The position numbers were made by a program, and so were the translations under genes. From positions 225,534-289,533 of the forward strand of contig NW_004798045.1 of the NCBI RefSeq assembly GCF_000002075.1: a stretch of DNA of 64,000 nt, given 5' to 3'. This DNA is from Aplysia californica. Taxonomy: Eukaryota. The notes below the pieces were generated by a model. That model did not search any database. It was not told the origin of the DNA and worked only from the letters and a program-made list of their open reading frames with translations. The first letter of the stretch is position 1, and each line of letters opens with the position of its first letter. Positions 43,201 through 58,200 of this stretch are shown in pieces.

Positions 43201-46200
43201 GGAAACCTCAACTTCCTTAATTTTAATAATTTGATGCTAAAAAAAAATTAAGGTTTCATCTCCAGCTTTTGACACTCATGCAAAAAATACATTTTTATAG
43301 TACTACTTTTGCTTAACAGACCCAAAACTTACCTTAATTCCTGGGATATTGATGATGTAAATGCCTGCTTTCTCAGACTTCATATCTATCTTCATGTGCC
43401 ACCCATCCACTTCCTCAGTGTGAACCAGAAGACCTCTCAGAATAATGTTGACCCTCACTCTCTCCCCAAGCTGTTAAAATGAAAGTCATCACAAGTCAAC
43501 ATTAATGAGCATGTTTCCTTTTGTTCATCTCTTTATTACGCTTCAACAACTTTTTTCCCGACTCTGTTAATATCTCCAACATTGCATAACACGGGGGGGG
43601 GGGGGGGGGGGGAGGACAGACAGTAGTACATTCAGTTGGTATTATGCCGGACAACTGGGAAGTACTCCTTGGTTGCAAGAGCCCAACAAGAGATAATTTT
43701 GTTTTTGTTTTAACAGTTTTATGGCACTTGCAACACAATAAGGTTATATACATGCTAAAGATTAATGGGGTTACAAGAGAGAAACAAACACAAAAAAAAG
43801 GAGTGATAAGGATGATAGATGTTTGATAGGAAAGAAGGAACAAACCACACCAGAGCACCCACTAATAAGAGAGAGTAGACAAAGAAAAACAAAAGCAAAG
43901 AAAGAGGTAAAAAATAAGACTCACATCCATTAAATCTGTTTCCTGTCATTGCTTTTCGAAACACAATGAATGCTGTATGTGATAAGTATGATTTGTGTCT
44001 ACACAAGTTAAGATAAGACAAAAAAAAAGAAAAGAAAAAGAATAGAAATGATGAACTAACACAGTATCATTTTAAAATTGACAAACGAGCCATACTCCTA
44101 AGAATAACTTTATCGACAAAAAACGGTCAGCTAGTTTGAGAGGTCAACAGTGACTGAAAACGACACATAGAAATACAGACAGAGGACACAGCTTAGGTGT
44201 CTGACACACTGAATGACTGACACTCTCAAATGCCATGAAAGACGATACAGCAAATGACCGTAGTTGTTACATTCTTCGTTTAATCTGGTGGTGTGGTGCT
44301 GGAGACTCCGTTCATCTTTGTGTGCCAGGCTGTGTTAATCAGCGAAGAGTAATTCATTTAGGGCGTCAAGCTCTGTGTTGGCCTCTTTTGTACTTCTATC
44401 CATATATATGATAAATAGTAGTGGTGATAGGCCACAACCTTGTCTTACTCCGTATGTTATTTTGAACCTTTCTGTGAGTCCCTCTGACTTTGTTACTGTA
44501 ATTATGCTGTTCTGGTAAATGGTACAGATGTTATCTAGAAGTTGGCCTCTTACAGTGTAGTTTTCGAGTTCTTTCCACTGCTTGAATGAACAGAGATGCA
44601 ACAACAAGAATATTACTACTCACAGCACATTTATAGGGTTGAATTATTCTGTTATTTCAAGATGCGGCTACACTTTTGCTAACCTTGACTGGTTCCAGCT
44701 GGATTGTGATAGAGTTTGCATCTCTGCTCTTCCAGTTTTCATCAGTGTGAGTTTTTCCGTCCTGGTCGACAAAAGCCCCTGCCATGCCTTTGTACTCCAG
44801 TTGCTTCCCTGAGCCACTATTCGTGGTTGGATATGCATGGACAGTAGATTGAAGCATTAATGCCATTAAAGAGAAACTTGAAACATTAAATGTTGTGGTA
44901 AGAAAATCTACACCGAGACCTCTAGCCATGGACGATAAATGCAATAAGATAAGAGNNNNNNNNNNNNNNNNNNNNNNNNNNNNNNNNNNNNNNNNNNNNN
45001 NNNNNNNNNNNNNNNNNNNNNNNNNNNNNNNNNNNNNNNNNNNNNNNNNNNNNNNNNNNNNNNNNNNNNNNNNNNNNNNNNNNNNNNNNNNNNNNNNNNN
45101 NNNNNNNNNNNNNNNNNNNNNNNNNNNNNNNNNNNNNNNNNNNNNNNNNNNNNNNNNNNNNNNNNNNNNNNNNNNNNNNNNNNNNNNNNNNNNNNNNNNN
45201 NNNNNNNNNNNNNNNNNNNNNNNNNNNNNNNNNNNNNNNNNNNNNNNNNNNNNNNNNNNNNNNNNNNNNNNNNNNNNNNNNNNNNNNNNNNNNNNNNNNN
45301 NNNNNNNNNNNNNNNNNNNNNNNNNNNNNNNNNNNNNNNNNNNNNNNNNNNNNNNNAATTGAGAGAAAGAGATTGAAAGAGAAGGAAAGATGGGCAGAAA
45401 GAGAAGCACAAGCAGCCTGGAAAGAAAATCTAAAAAAGAAGGATGTTGAGAAGGAGATGAAGAGAAAATAAGTGGGGTGCTGTACCATAAGGACAGAGAG
45501 CTCATAAAAATTCAGTGAAAAATAATTATCTGCCATAATGATACACATAGAGGTTACATGCAAGCAGAGGTACCCACATCCCCCATGAAAGAAAAAAACA
45601 TTTATAGGTTCTAAACATTAATTTACAAAAACAAAATCCATGTTCATTTACAAAGTCATTTTCAGCAATGTTTTTCCTCACAGCTCCTAAACTATTAAAA
45701 GCAGGGGAAAAAATACAGATGCTGCTTTTGATTTAATCTTTATCATCCATAACCAACACTGTGTCTCACACTCTTTCATCGTTCACATCACACTCTTCTC
45801 CAACATTCCTCCTGCAAAATGGAAAGGCAAAAATACAACTAAAAAGAAGAGCTCAATTCTGTCTTCAATTCAATTAAAATATGCTGCAATTTTGGTGTTG
45901 TTTTGGTACTTTTTTCTTTCTCAGTTTTTCACAATGAAGGTATTAGAGGCAAAATGTTTGCAGAAACTTACAAAGACATGCGGCAGAAGAAAGTGGCACC
46001 CCGTAGAATGGTAATCCGAGTCTCGTTCCAGTAGATTGGATCCATTGGTTTGAGGAACTGCATACAATGTCCTTTTTTGTAGTAAAAAACGCTGCCTGCT
46101 GTGTTGCGTTTGATCCTGTCATCATCTTTTAACTCACCGTCTCGGATTAGTTGAATCTTGAAGGAAGTGTTTTTCAGATAGCCCGGCTGAAGAGACTTAG

Positions 46201-49200
46201 CAATTTTCTGAAAAATGATCAACCAATATGACTGTTCATTGCAACACATACATGAATTTTCCTTCAAAAGGTAGGTCTGATACAGACATCAACTACTATG
46301 GTTTGTCACTTATTGCTCCACTCAGTTGTTCTTTAAAAAACGTATATCAGCCTGGTCTTTTCCCGTGAACCAATTGTTTAAGTTCTCTGAGTACGTTATC
46401 ATATGTAGGCCTATGTATCAACAATAAAGTATTTTCAAATCTAGGTGTTGGTAAAGTAAGATGAGATGTAATTAACATCAACAAAATAATCCAAGCTAAA
46501 CAGGTTGCAAAAATTAGGACAGATAGAGTAGAGCTAAACTTTTATAAGACCACATTTGCTTGAAATAAAGAGAAGCACATGGGCAAATCAATAGTCAATA
46601 TTGTCGGTATCGTAGGACATCCACTTAAGTCTGATTGATATTTTTTACAAAGACAAAAAGCTAGACTTTGTTGAGTTTTGCCTATCACGTATCATGAAAA
46701 GCAAGAAAATTGTATACCTTGACCATGTCATTTAAATGCATTTTGGTGATGTTGAAAGGTACATCTTTGATGAACCTTTGGGAGGGTGTAAACATTGAAA
46801 ATTCTCGAAATATTAGCCTCAGTGAATTGCTTGTGACAGCGACAATATCTTTGTCTATGTTATCACCACTTGTTTTGATGTCAACAGCTTGTCAAACAAT
46901 GTATTGTCTTCATGTTTGTTCCATAATCTTCCATAAAATTCTTCCTATTTTATTCATACACTTTCGCTTTATAAGTTAAAAGAATAAAAAAATACTTGTG
47001 TTTCAGAGAAACTTGATATCCCTGATTTTTAATCGTATTCTTTTTGTCAGTTTATTATGTTCAGCTAATCTTGTATTCAAAGGATAACCACAGATTGTTT
47101 ACCTTAGATCTGTTCTCTAAAAAGAATAACAAGAAACCATTTCTTAATGGCTGTGTCCCATTTCTGACAGGGGCCAAAATTGATTTAAAAAAAACAAATA
47201 CGTGAAAACATTGTCAGTATATTGTTTCTTTTACCGCAAACTGGCAGCAACATTCCAAACACATGAGGCAATGAAGGCAGGGAGTGTCCAGCAAGGAGCC
47301 ACAATAGAAGCATCTGCAAGTTATAAGACAAAATGCATCTTTCTCAAACACAGTATCCAGCCAGTGTGATAAAACCATAGAGGTCTTTTAAAGAATTAAA
47401 CATTCTGTTTAGAATACATCAACCGCACAGTTAAGACTGCCATACGTCCCTTTTCAAGATGGTGTGTGGCTGAGTTTTATATTAAGCAGTCGATATATAT
47501 ATATATATATGTAGAATGTCAATCATCCCATGCTTTAATCTGTACAAGACCAGAAAACAAAAAAACTTGTATATATTCAAATGTTTCATCAACAAAAGTA
47601 TTATTTATGTAACTCTTTAAAAAAAACCAAGAAACTATACTGCAGATTCGTAAAAAAAATATGATAGTAGGCCTAAATGAACAACACAGATGAAAAGGCC
47701 TGTTCAGCATCATTTTATGGCAGTAAATTTCTTTCATCATCCCTGGACAGTAAACTTGCTGCTAGTCACTCTATGCTACTACCTTTCTGCTGGGTCCATT
47801 GGACGATGTCTTTCTTTCTTGATTCTGTTTTCCACCACTTTGGAAGCTGCCATGTGGTATGAGTAGTTGTGGTAGGGTATAATGGGTCCCTCTGAAGAGA
47901 GCAAAGAGAAAAAAATGGAGGAAAAAAACAACATTTCTGTAACTTTGAAACCAAAGTCTAAATATGGTAGGGGGGATTAAAATATTTTGGGCAACAAACT
48001 CTCTGAGCCCTCTATTTAATTTGTTCTCCAAAATATGTCATCACATACAAGAGTAGCTCATTAAAGGTTCAGCCCGAAGCCGTTATTTCCCTAGCCTATC
48101 TCCTTTGTATTTATCAGCAAATATGAGACCTCAGAATGTGGAAGTCTTAAGCTTCACAAACCAAAAGTAAGTTCGTATATTAGGCAGAGCCAGTACTACA
48201 TCTCGTGAAGACATGCCAACTCAAAACATGTTAAACAACTGCACAACTGAATTGTCATTATCATAAACTAGGTCTTGTAGTAACACTTAAGGCCACACTC
48301 TACTTCTCGGCACCAAAATCTACAATTAAGAGATTTTTACTTATTTTTTCTCATTTTCTCAAAGTATTCCTTTCAAGGATTGAAAATAATCAGTTTTGGG
48401 AATCACTACCAGTTACATAATCATGGAAATGGCAAATTAGAGTAGAATCGAGCTATCTGTAGGACCATTTTCAAAAAAACCTGTAAATATCTATAATTTT
48501 ATATCTTTTAGAAGATGTGCATATTAGCGAATGACAAAAATAGTCAAAATAGGAAAGTAAAAAAATTATTTTAAATACATTTTTTCAAAAATTTAAAAAA
48601 AAGCTAGCGTCATTTCATTTGGAATTGCATGGAGCACCTGCCCTCTAAATTTCAAGTTTTGATCTTGAGAGATTTTTGAGTTTTTAGCTTTTAAAGCCAA
48701 GAAATTAACATTTTGAGGAAAGGAGCAAAAACATTTCAAAATTGCTTTAAAGCTTTGTATTGGCTCACAATGTTTCAAACTTTCAGGAGCTATCTCTTTG
48801 AAATAGAGCTTTGGGAGTACTTCCATCCGATTTAGCACATAATTTTCAAGAGAAGTTTCTTAAAACCAAAAAAACATTGTCTGGGCCCAAACTGGATCCC
48901 CAAAACCCCGTGTGTGGCCTTAAAGGAGCAAACATTCCATACAAATAAAAGCGAGGGTAGAGCAACATTTTTGTTTGAATTATTGAGAAATCCAACAATA
49001 TCTATGACGGACAGAAACGAACCACAGAATAAAACTTTAATTGAAGGACACATTTTAATAAAAGCAAAATGATAAAGTTTTAAACAGTTAACACAGAACT
49101 TGAAGTTAAAAGTAAACATCATTTCGCATTCATCAGTCCATATCACACAATAGTTCTTAAAAAAAAAAATGAACAAACAAAAAACCCAGAACAGAACAGA

Positions 49201-52200
49201 ACAGAACACGACTTCAAATCACCTCCGTGCTCTTCTGTAAGATCGCACAAAAATGAGCAATTGATTCGCTTGTGCTTTTTGCACCCTCTGTGCTTGCTGG
49301 CTAAGGAAATATAGTATGGAAGATGCCAAGTCTTTTCAGCCAGCATTCCTTCTGTTTCAAATTCCCCACATTCTGGGCAAGGCAGGGTCCGCTAGCGGAA
49401 AAAACAACAACCAATAGTTATGATCTGAACGATATTACTATAGTCCCCCCAAAAAAGTGGGTACACATATCCATATCGCCTCTACCATCTTATTTTTTAT
49501 TCCTGCCCACTCGACACCCCTTTCTCCTTTATTTCATTCTATTACAATANNNNNNNNNNNNNNNNNNNNNNNNNNNNNNNNNNNNNNNNNNNNNNNNNNN
49601 NNNNNNNNNNNNNNNNNNNNNNNNNNNNNNNNNNNNNNNNNNNNNNNNNNNNNNNNNNNNNNNNNNNNNNNNNNNNNNNNNNNNNNNNNNNNNNNNNNNN
49701 NNNNNNNNNNNNNNNNNNNNNNNNNNNNNNNNNNNNNNNNNNTTCATAGATAATAATGATCATAATAATTAAAAGAAAGAGAAAGATTTTTGGCACTTAC
49801 AGCAGCATAAATCTTTGTTTTTTGACAAGCGTAGTCAACAACAGCCATGACTTGTTTCAAGCCAGAGAACATCACGTGCCGTACTTCTTGAGTCGCTTTA
49901 TGCCGATCCTCCTCTGTGGAGCGGAACCTTTTGTCCATTCGCAAGTCCACCACTCGAGCAGACAGAAACAGGACAGGGACCCCTGTGAACACGATCAGAC
50001 AAATTATGTCCCTTGAACACAGCTCATGATAAGATAATTATGTCCCTTGAACACAGCTCATGATCAGACAATTATGTCCCTTAAACACAGCTCACGATCA
50101 GACAATTATGTCCCTTGAACATGGCTCACACTTTGACGATTACATCTTTGATCAAAGCTCGCAATTAGACAGTTATGTTACAGAACAGATCACAATTAGA
50201 CAGTCATGTCACAGAACAAAATCAACCATTTGTGGGTCATGAAGACAGTGCATAATCAGAAACTTTGTCTCATGAACATAGCACACATTCAGACATCACT
50301 GATAATATCAGCACCCACTTCTGATTCCGCGTCCTCATTTGTGGGTTTTTTAAATACAGAATTTAACACAATTTTGGAGAGCTGTTAGTGTGACCTCTAA
50401 CATGTTAAGGTTTTAAAATATTTTTTAAACATACAGTAAGTTTCAAAAAAGCAAATATCATTTTTTCTAATATGGGTACTTTGCCTTGAGATACAGCTAT
50501 CTATTTCAAACAGTAATAAGAGTCTGAAAGGGTAAATCTATCATACTCACTGTCCAATCTTCCCCCCACATATCTGTGCAATGATGCCATGATATCCACA
50601 GGGCCCTGTCGCAAGAAAAAGCCTGTCTTCCAGACAAGCAGAGGCTGGAAAATCTTAAGAAGGGTCCTAAAGGAGAACAAGGAATACAATCATAAAACCA
50701 TTCCAATGGGTTTTAGTCTGAGTAATGATAATAATAATAATTGCATTTATACAGCACATATCCATGCTCTAGAGAATGCTCTATGTGCTTTACAACTATT
50801 ATTACCCCAGCAGACCCCCTGAGAGCACTCAGAAACATTCTCGGCTTCCGCGGAAGCATACAGTGCAAGCTGCGGATTTCACGCGCTCAAACACTATCAA
50901 ACTGATAAGATCGTTCACTGTCTATAGCCGAGAACCCATTTCCACCTGGGTGAAGTGAGTAGAGAGAAGTACATTGATATGACAACTAGCATGAAGTACT
51001 GGAAAAGAGGAAGACTGACAGGCAGAAACAAGAGAAGGAAATAAAGAAGTAAGGCATATCAGGAGCATCCTCAAACCATCCACAGCATGAGTTTCCATGT
51101 TAAGACGATTTATAGTTAATAATAATAATAATAATAATAGATAGCATTTGTATAGTGCGAATACATGCTCAACAGCAAGCTCTATGCACTTCACAATCTA
51201 TACTATTACCCCAGATGACCAGAGAGCATTCTGAAACAACCTCAACTTCCTGGGAAGCATACAGTGCAAGCAGCCATTTATTGGCGCTAAACACTAACAT
51301 AGTGCAAAGATCTTCTGCTGTCTTTGGCCAGGTACCCATTCCCACCTGGGGTACTTTACCTTTACAAAGTTTTCAAGGATATATTTCTCTATCAATTTAC
51401 CTGAGCAGCTTGGGATAAAAACTAGGAGGCACTGCTGGCAGGAAGTTGTAACATCTGTTATTTTGGAGCACTTTGCTCTTAGGACGAGGTTCAGGCCACA
51501 TAGATTTCTGGAGGTGAGGTGGAAGGGGGGGGGGGGAGACAAACAAGAATTAGAAATAAACTTTATTTACCACTGAGGAACTAAAATAGTATGTAGAAAC
51601 AGCTGGTAGTGTAGACAGGAAACAATCTACATTTGCCACTTTGTCCCCATCACTTTTGTATACAATACAATAAAACTATTTGCATTCGTCAAACTTTTTA
51701 ATGTCCAACCAGATACAGGACAAGCCATTTCATGTATGGAGTACATGGTGTACCCCCCCCCCCCCTCCCTTCTTCCCCGGGCAAAAGTTAGTGACACATT
51801 TATTGAAAGAAGAGCAAGAAAGTTTGGCATGTTCCTGAACTATGAGTAGCAGATCTTGTATTCAGAACCTTACTCAAATTATGTACACAATCTAGCCAGA
51901 CTGCCATGCACAAAAGCTATTTCAATAAATGGACATTGTTCATTGTTAATTACAAAAATCTGTTTCCAAGCTAAAAAATTTATGTTCTGAAGTTCTCCAA
52001 TTAAAACTCCACAAATAGAAATTTTCTTCAAATTTTATTATGTTGGCAAAACTTCTCAGATGATTGCTTTCATACAGCTGTAAGCAGATTAGAAAATATG
52101 ACTCACTGAACTCTCCTCCTCCTCCTTCTCCCTCCCCTCCTCCTCCTCCTCCTCCTCCTTCTTCTTCTTCCTTCTTCTTCTTCTTCTTCATCCTTTTCTT

Positions 52201-55200
52201 CTCTTTTGATTGTAAAGGTGCCGAGGATTACAAGTACACCCCTTCAGGTGAATGCAATTTATATGCCACAATCTCATTAGTAAAGGAGTGACATTTTTTC
52301 TCCACAGTTACCCTGTCTTCTGCCCAACTCTCTTTCATTTCACCAAGGGTGTGATTGAGAAAAAAAATAAACCAAAGAAAATCCATAATGTGGAGTCCGC
52401 CTTTCAGATGTTCAATTCATTAAAACAACAATAACTGAAAGTCTTCTTCTGCACTCATTGTCTAGGTCTCACGCATAGGTAAGTTTAGGTATCCAAAACT
52501 TATATAAGTTAATATGATTTCCAAGTTCAGAGACGTGCCCATTTATCCTTCCAATCAATAGGCTCCCTTATATTTGACACTCAGGCAGTCACATTGATCT
52601 TTAGGAGGGAAGTCTTTATCTTTCTTTTTTTTTTAACAAATCAGAAAGTTTCAGTTTTTGAATAGGAATTAATAACAATATAGACTTTTACTGATATTGC
52701 TCACCCGAGTGGGCTAGTTTCTTTTTCAAATTTCAGTTTCCAAGATATTTTTCACATACCATACATTCACACAGCCGATCTCCTTACTCAAGAAGAATAA
52801 GTGCTAGATTTTTACCTATACTAAGACCAAATATATGAAAAATTGGACAAAACAAAACGAAAAAAAAAAAATGCATCACAATATCTACCGACACTGCATA
52901 CATAAATCCAGGGTCCAATCAAGAGCTTTAGCACCAGGCCTACGAGCCTCTTGCAAAACTTATTTTAACAAATCAAAAAGTAGTTTAGCCCTTCTTACCA
53001 GAATTTCATGATAATCTGGAACATCTTCCATGCGCACATATATGTATTTCTCTTTGTCCACACGAGCCCCAAGTGTTTTGGTTGGCACTGGCAGAAGGAG
53101 ACCTTGGCGCTTGAGCAGTCCCAGAACATGAGCAGCCTGCAAGAGAAGATAACTGGTATAAGCCAGATAGCTCAAATACTTGCACGTTCAGAGAGGTAAG
53201 TGATATATACCCTAGCATATGATCAGGATAAGGTGCACCATACGATGTATTCATGTTACTCAATATAAAAATCTAGACAATATCTTTGCAAAAACGAATG
53301 CCCATTAGGTACATATCAAGATCTTACAGAGGAAGTTAGAGTGTTTTGTTGTTGTTGCTGTTGTTTTGTTGTTGTTGCTGTTGTTTTGTAATTTTGTAGG
53401 AGGGGGGGTCTGAGCGCTGTGAAGTATAGGACTCCTTTATAAGATACACTCGTGGAAAGGTGTTGGGGGGGGGGGGGGGGGTGAAGGGAAGGGGTTTTGC
53501 AAAGAAATATTACAGTATGACGAAAGTCTTGGCCACAATGTTATTTTGAGTTTTGACGTACTTCAACACAACAATATGAGTTTTGACGTATTTCAACGCA
53601 ACAATATGTTATTTTGAGTTTTGACGTATTTTAACATAACATTATGTTATTTTGAGTTTTGACGTATTTCAACACAACAATATGTTATTTTGAGTTTTGA
53701 CGTACTTCAACACAACAATATGTTATTTTGAGTTTTGACATACTTCAACACAACAATATGACTCAAAAAAGACAATCTCACATCTCCTGGTGCCTTTTGT
53801 CCAGCCAGGACTTTTCCTGCAGAACTGGCTGTCCAGAATGGAACTTCTTTACCAAGAAAGCCTAGGTAGATTCTCTCAGGGGGAGTCTCGGTGATCAGTT
53901 TTGAGCAGATCTCTTCATAGGCACGCATGTTGGTAGCACACAGGCTCACTTTTAGATTTGGAGTATATAAACATTCACCCTGTGAAAAGATATTAGGAGA
54001 AAATTTCAGCATTGAGTGTATGAAAAAATTTTGATTAACTTATACGAGACAAAGCATGGCAAGCAAATGGGTATGCAGTCAAAGCCTTAGCCAAAGTGCT
54101 ACAGAAACGCTCTACACCGTCTATACTGAAAAAAAAAAGCATGCACTCAATAAAAATAGCTTTGAGAACCAGTAACCCTACTAGGCTGATACTAATGGGC
54201 TTATTAAAAGACCCACTATATTTAAACCTTGTGGATGGTGCAAGCAAATATGGGTCAATTTTTAGGGTCAATTGCAACTCAGAAGAATTTTCGCTGGAAA
54301 AGGAAATTTCAGATTCTGATTGGAACACATACAGAGCTATATGATTAGATAACTTCTCCACCCGGAGTGCTATGGCAAAGAGCCTAAACATGACACCACA
54401 GGTATTGATAGGTTTTGATGAACTGAAAAACCATTCAACTACAAATAACTTGTACTACAAATTGATCTCAAGTGATTTTTGCTCAGATTATAGCTTGTTC
54501 ACTTTCCTCTGACCACTGTTCAAATAAGATAAAATAAAATCGCTCTGTTTAATCTTTCCAGATCTTTGCATATGGTTCTAAAAGTTGAATGACTAACAGA
54601 ATTTAAAAGCTCATTCCTAGAGATCACTGCAAACTAAGATTCCGACACATTTTCTTTAAAGTAAGCCTAAAGTGGGTAAAAAAATAATTGGGGATTCACA
54701 GCATACACCTAAAACATTTAAAAGTTGACATATTTTCCTCAACACCACACTTTGACATTTGCCTAAGGAAGGAGATTCAAGAAACGGGGTGACTAATTTC
54801 CGAGACTAATGGGGAGCACAAGGATATGTCCAGACAGTCAGGGGATAAAATCTACAAGCTTATACTGAAATATGGGGGCAGGGTGGTGTCGCTGTCTCAA
54901 AATGAACAATTTGTACGCAAGGTTACTGTAAGTCATTTATTACAGTGATGCTGTGTATGCATCCAAAGAGCGGGTTTTAATATAGGGCACAAAGAGAAAC
55001 ACTTTTTCATTACTGGATCAAGATTTTAAAAAAAAAATTTGTTTCGTTGCTGGCCTGCAGAAGTGCCATGCCAAATTTCGTCAGCGTAGGTGAATTAATA
55101 AATGAAATTGAACTTTTTGTTTAATGCTGTCAGACGAAAATGATCAAACTATAGCAGTGGGTATTACACAGAAAATCACGCAGCAACAAATTCCTTAAAG

Positions 55201-58200
55201 AAAAAAAAGAAAGTCCCTCAAGCTGTGATCTAAGTATCTTACCCAGTTTTGTAAGAGATTGAGAACTTTTCCAAGGCGAGCGAATGAGAAGCGTTTGTGG
55301 GATTTTTCTCTTGCTTCCTTGTCTGTAGTATGGAACAGTTCCTTTTGAGAGGAGGCACCAAATCTTGGAAGCTGTGGAAATAATGATAAAGATAAAGCAA
55401 TCCACTTTGTCTAGGATAGATCCACATATTGACTTGTTTTGCCTTAGACCCTGACATTTCTTGAAAAATTTTTTTTTTTATCATGCAAATCTCCTTTTAC
55501 AAAAGAATGTACAGATAAGATTGATTTAACTCTTTATCTCCAGCAAACTGCTCCCAGCTTAAGAACCCCCCCCCCCCTCCACCCACTCTAATATTAATGA
55601 GTCGAAAATCAACAAAAAAAAATATTTTTGATCCAACCCATCATTTCAGCTGCTCTCTACTGAGCATGACAACATACGTCTCATTTGAAATGTTAATTTC
55701 TAATTCTGAGTAGTTGACTACAATTCATTAACACATTATATGTATTAACCCTTCCAGCTGTCAATTATTTCTGAACTCCACTTGCCTTGACTGGAGGATT
55801 ATTTTAGCCTACACTGCACTGACACAAGGTTATGTCAGAATAACATTCAGAAAAAATGTCACTCTGAAGCTAGAAACTTGTATCATATGTCACAACAACC
55901 ACAAATGAATGAAGAATTTTAACAAAATAGATATAAGATTTGGAAATATATTTTCTACTCACATTTATTGTTGTGTTTGTTTGCTTCGTCTGTGTGCTTT
56001 TGTAACTGTGTTCAGTAAGTTTGTAAACATGTTTTGTGTGATTATCCGCGAAACATTCAGGATGTGTGTGCATAGTTCACAACTGGAACATTTATTTCAC
56101 CCTCTGTATCATTGATGCCATCCTCATACGTAGACTGTCAAGAAGATTGCATATGTTTTGATTTGATTGGGTTCTCATAACAAAGTTAGATCTAGTCAGA
56201 GCTGGTATTTCATTCGCGCGCTAAAAGGAAGAGTCTGGTTTTTCATTCCTTTTGTGAGAGTGTAACAATCATGTAAAAGATTATTGCTACATGTGAGGTA
56301 TCAGCACACTGACAAATTTCAGTCCTAATCAACTCAAAAACATGAACGCTGCACTGGACAGAATTGGAATATGGGGTGGTGGCTTCACTTGACGCTGAAT
56401 TTTCAGCTACATTTCACAGCAAGTTTAAGTGATAAAGGCTATATTTTATAATAAACCTGCTACAATAACAGCAACACTAGAATGGTAGGAGCTTACCATA
56501 CTATAGCACCCATCAGCCACAAACTGATCTGCATTACCCACTTCATCTATTGGGTGGTTGAAGGGCAACCTGGTACATTCTACTTTCATTCTTTCACTCT
56601 TTTGTTTCTGTTGGCCTATCTCACTCCTCCCCATCCTCAAATGCCCATACTTAAACAATGTGCATCTCTTTACTCAAACAAACAAACTCACCTTGTCAGC
56701 AATATGCAGCACAGTCTTTTCCCATTCACAGTGCAGCCAAGGGACCCTCTGAGCCACCAGAGAAACACATTTATTCAGCGTGGACACCACCTCCTTCTGA
56801 AAGTTCTGCTTTGTCTGGAGTACATAAAATTCACATTTTACCAACACATATTGTGACCAGTGAATAAAGATGAAAATTAAACAATGCTCAGAAATAATTC
56901 TTAAAAAGTCATTACACTTAAAAGTTAACTTAGGAAAATGAGAGTTATAAAATGAGGGAAGAAATGGAATTACCACTGTCATGTTGATCAGTAAACTGGA
57001 CTGTCCATTTTGGTCATACAGATTTGCCAAGATATCCAAAACGCCAATACCCCATTCCATACCCTGTTGTCCTTTGAAGTCAAGACACTCCAGATGCCAA
57101 GTCCTCCTGGGAAGTAAAGGTCACTTGCTTTATGATCATGAACATATTCATACACACAGCAACATAGTCACAGATATACAATATAAAATGTGAATGGACG
57201 TGGTGGAATTAGGCGCTCATCAAAATAATGAAATTGAAGAAACAGGCAATTTTTCTTGAATTTTTTTTTCCGGCTTAACACCATTGTTGTCCAATTAAAA
57301 ACAAAATTCTGGGTATATTTTACTAAAAAAACGTTGATTAAAGGCACAAAAGATGTAAGTTTTTCAGTTTCCACAGACTATCAAGCTATGTAAATAACCA
57401 GACTTTGGCGGTCATTTTCTCACTAATTCTACATTTGAAACTATGCGACCCCTCCTTCTTCAATTTCAAATATCTTGACTTCTATTCAACATAGACGGGC
57501 ATTTTTTCCCCCGATAGCAAGAAAAGTGAATAAGCTTTAAGATTATACAAATAACTCAACATGCCAAAAAATTAAGGAGCGCCTGATTCCATCACGTCGT
57601 GACACATATAGTCACACAAAGCTAGCAAAAAATTCAAACACTTTCAAGAACACATATCTTGTGGTCACATACTCTATACGAGAGGAGCCATTTTTATAAT
57701 GGTTTGAGAGATGCCATCTGATGTGACATGTTGTAACATTGACAGTTTTTATTCCCTCTCCAAACTGAAATTCTTTAATAAAAGTGATGTACAATTTAAG
57801 TTCCATGCATATTCGCATGTGTTTTAACCCTTCCTCTTATGCCACAAAAATTTTACACAGCGACAATAGATATATACTATCTTATGTTTTATCTTATTTC
57901 ATCTTATCTTATCTTATTTTACCTTACCTTATCTAAAATGCAGTAAAAAATAGACCTATAATATAACTATTGACTTGGACCACATGACCCTCTCACTAGT
58001 TGCCACGAGTGTGAACAAATCCCATGAGAACACTTTCACACCACACCCCCTTGACAAATATTAGCATCAGAACATCTATAGAACAAAAAATTGGTAATTC
58101 AACTTGTCAACGGGCTTGAGGGCGCAGGCCTGGAACAAGAAGAATAACATAATTATTTGCAAATATTAACATCCTTTCCAAAAGATCCACTTACTCGGTT

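Noticed and set aside
45950-47080. Possible decayed transposon coding sequence
   Set aside because: No recognisable motif; cannot classify without a search.
53534-53760. CRISPR-like periodicity
   Set aside because: Head-to-tail units with no unique spacers, in a eukaryotic intron.
56497-56569. Exon-like stretch LPFNHPIDEVG...YSM with gtaagc donor
   Set aside because: Purine-rich acceptor and a stop in the required phase 0.
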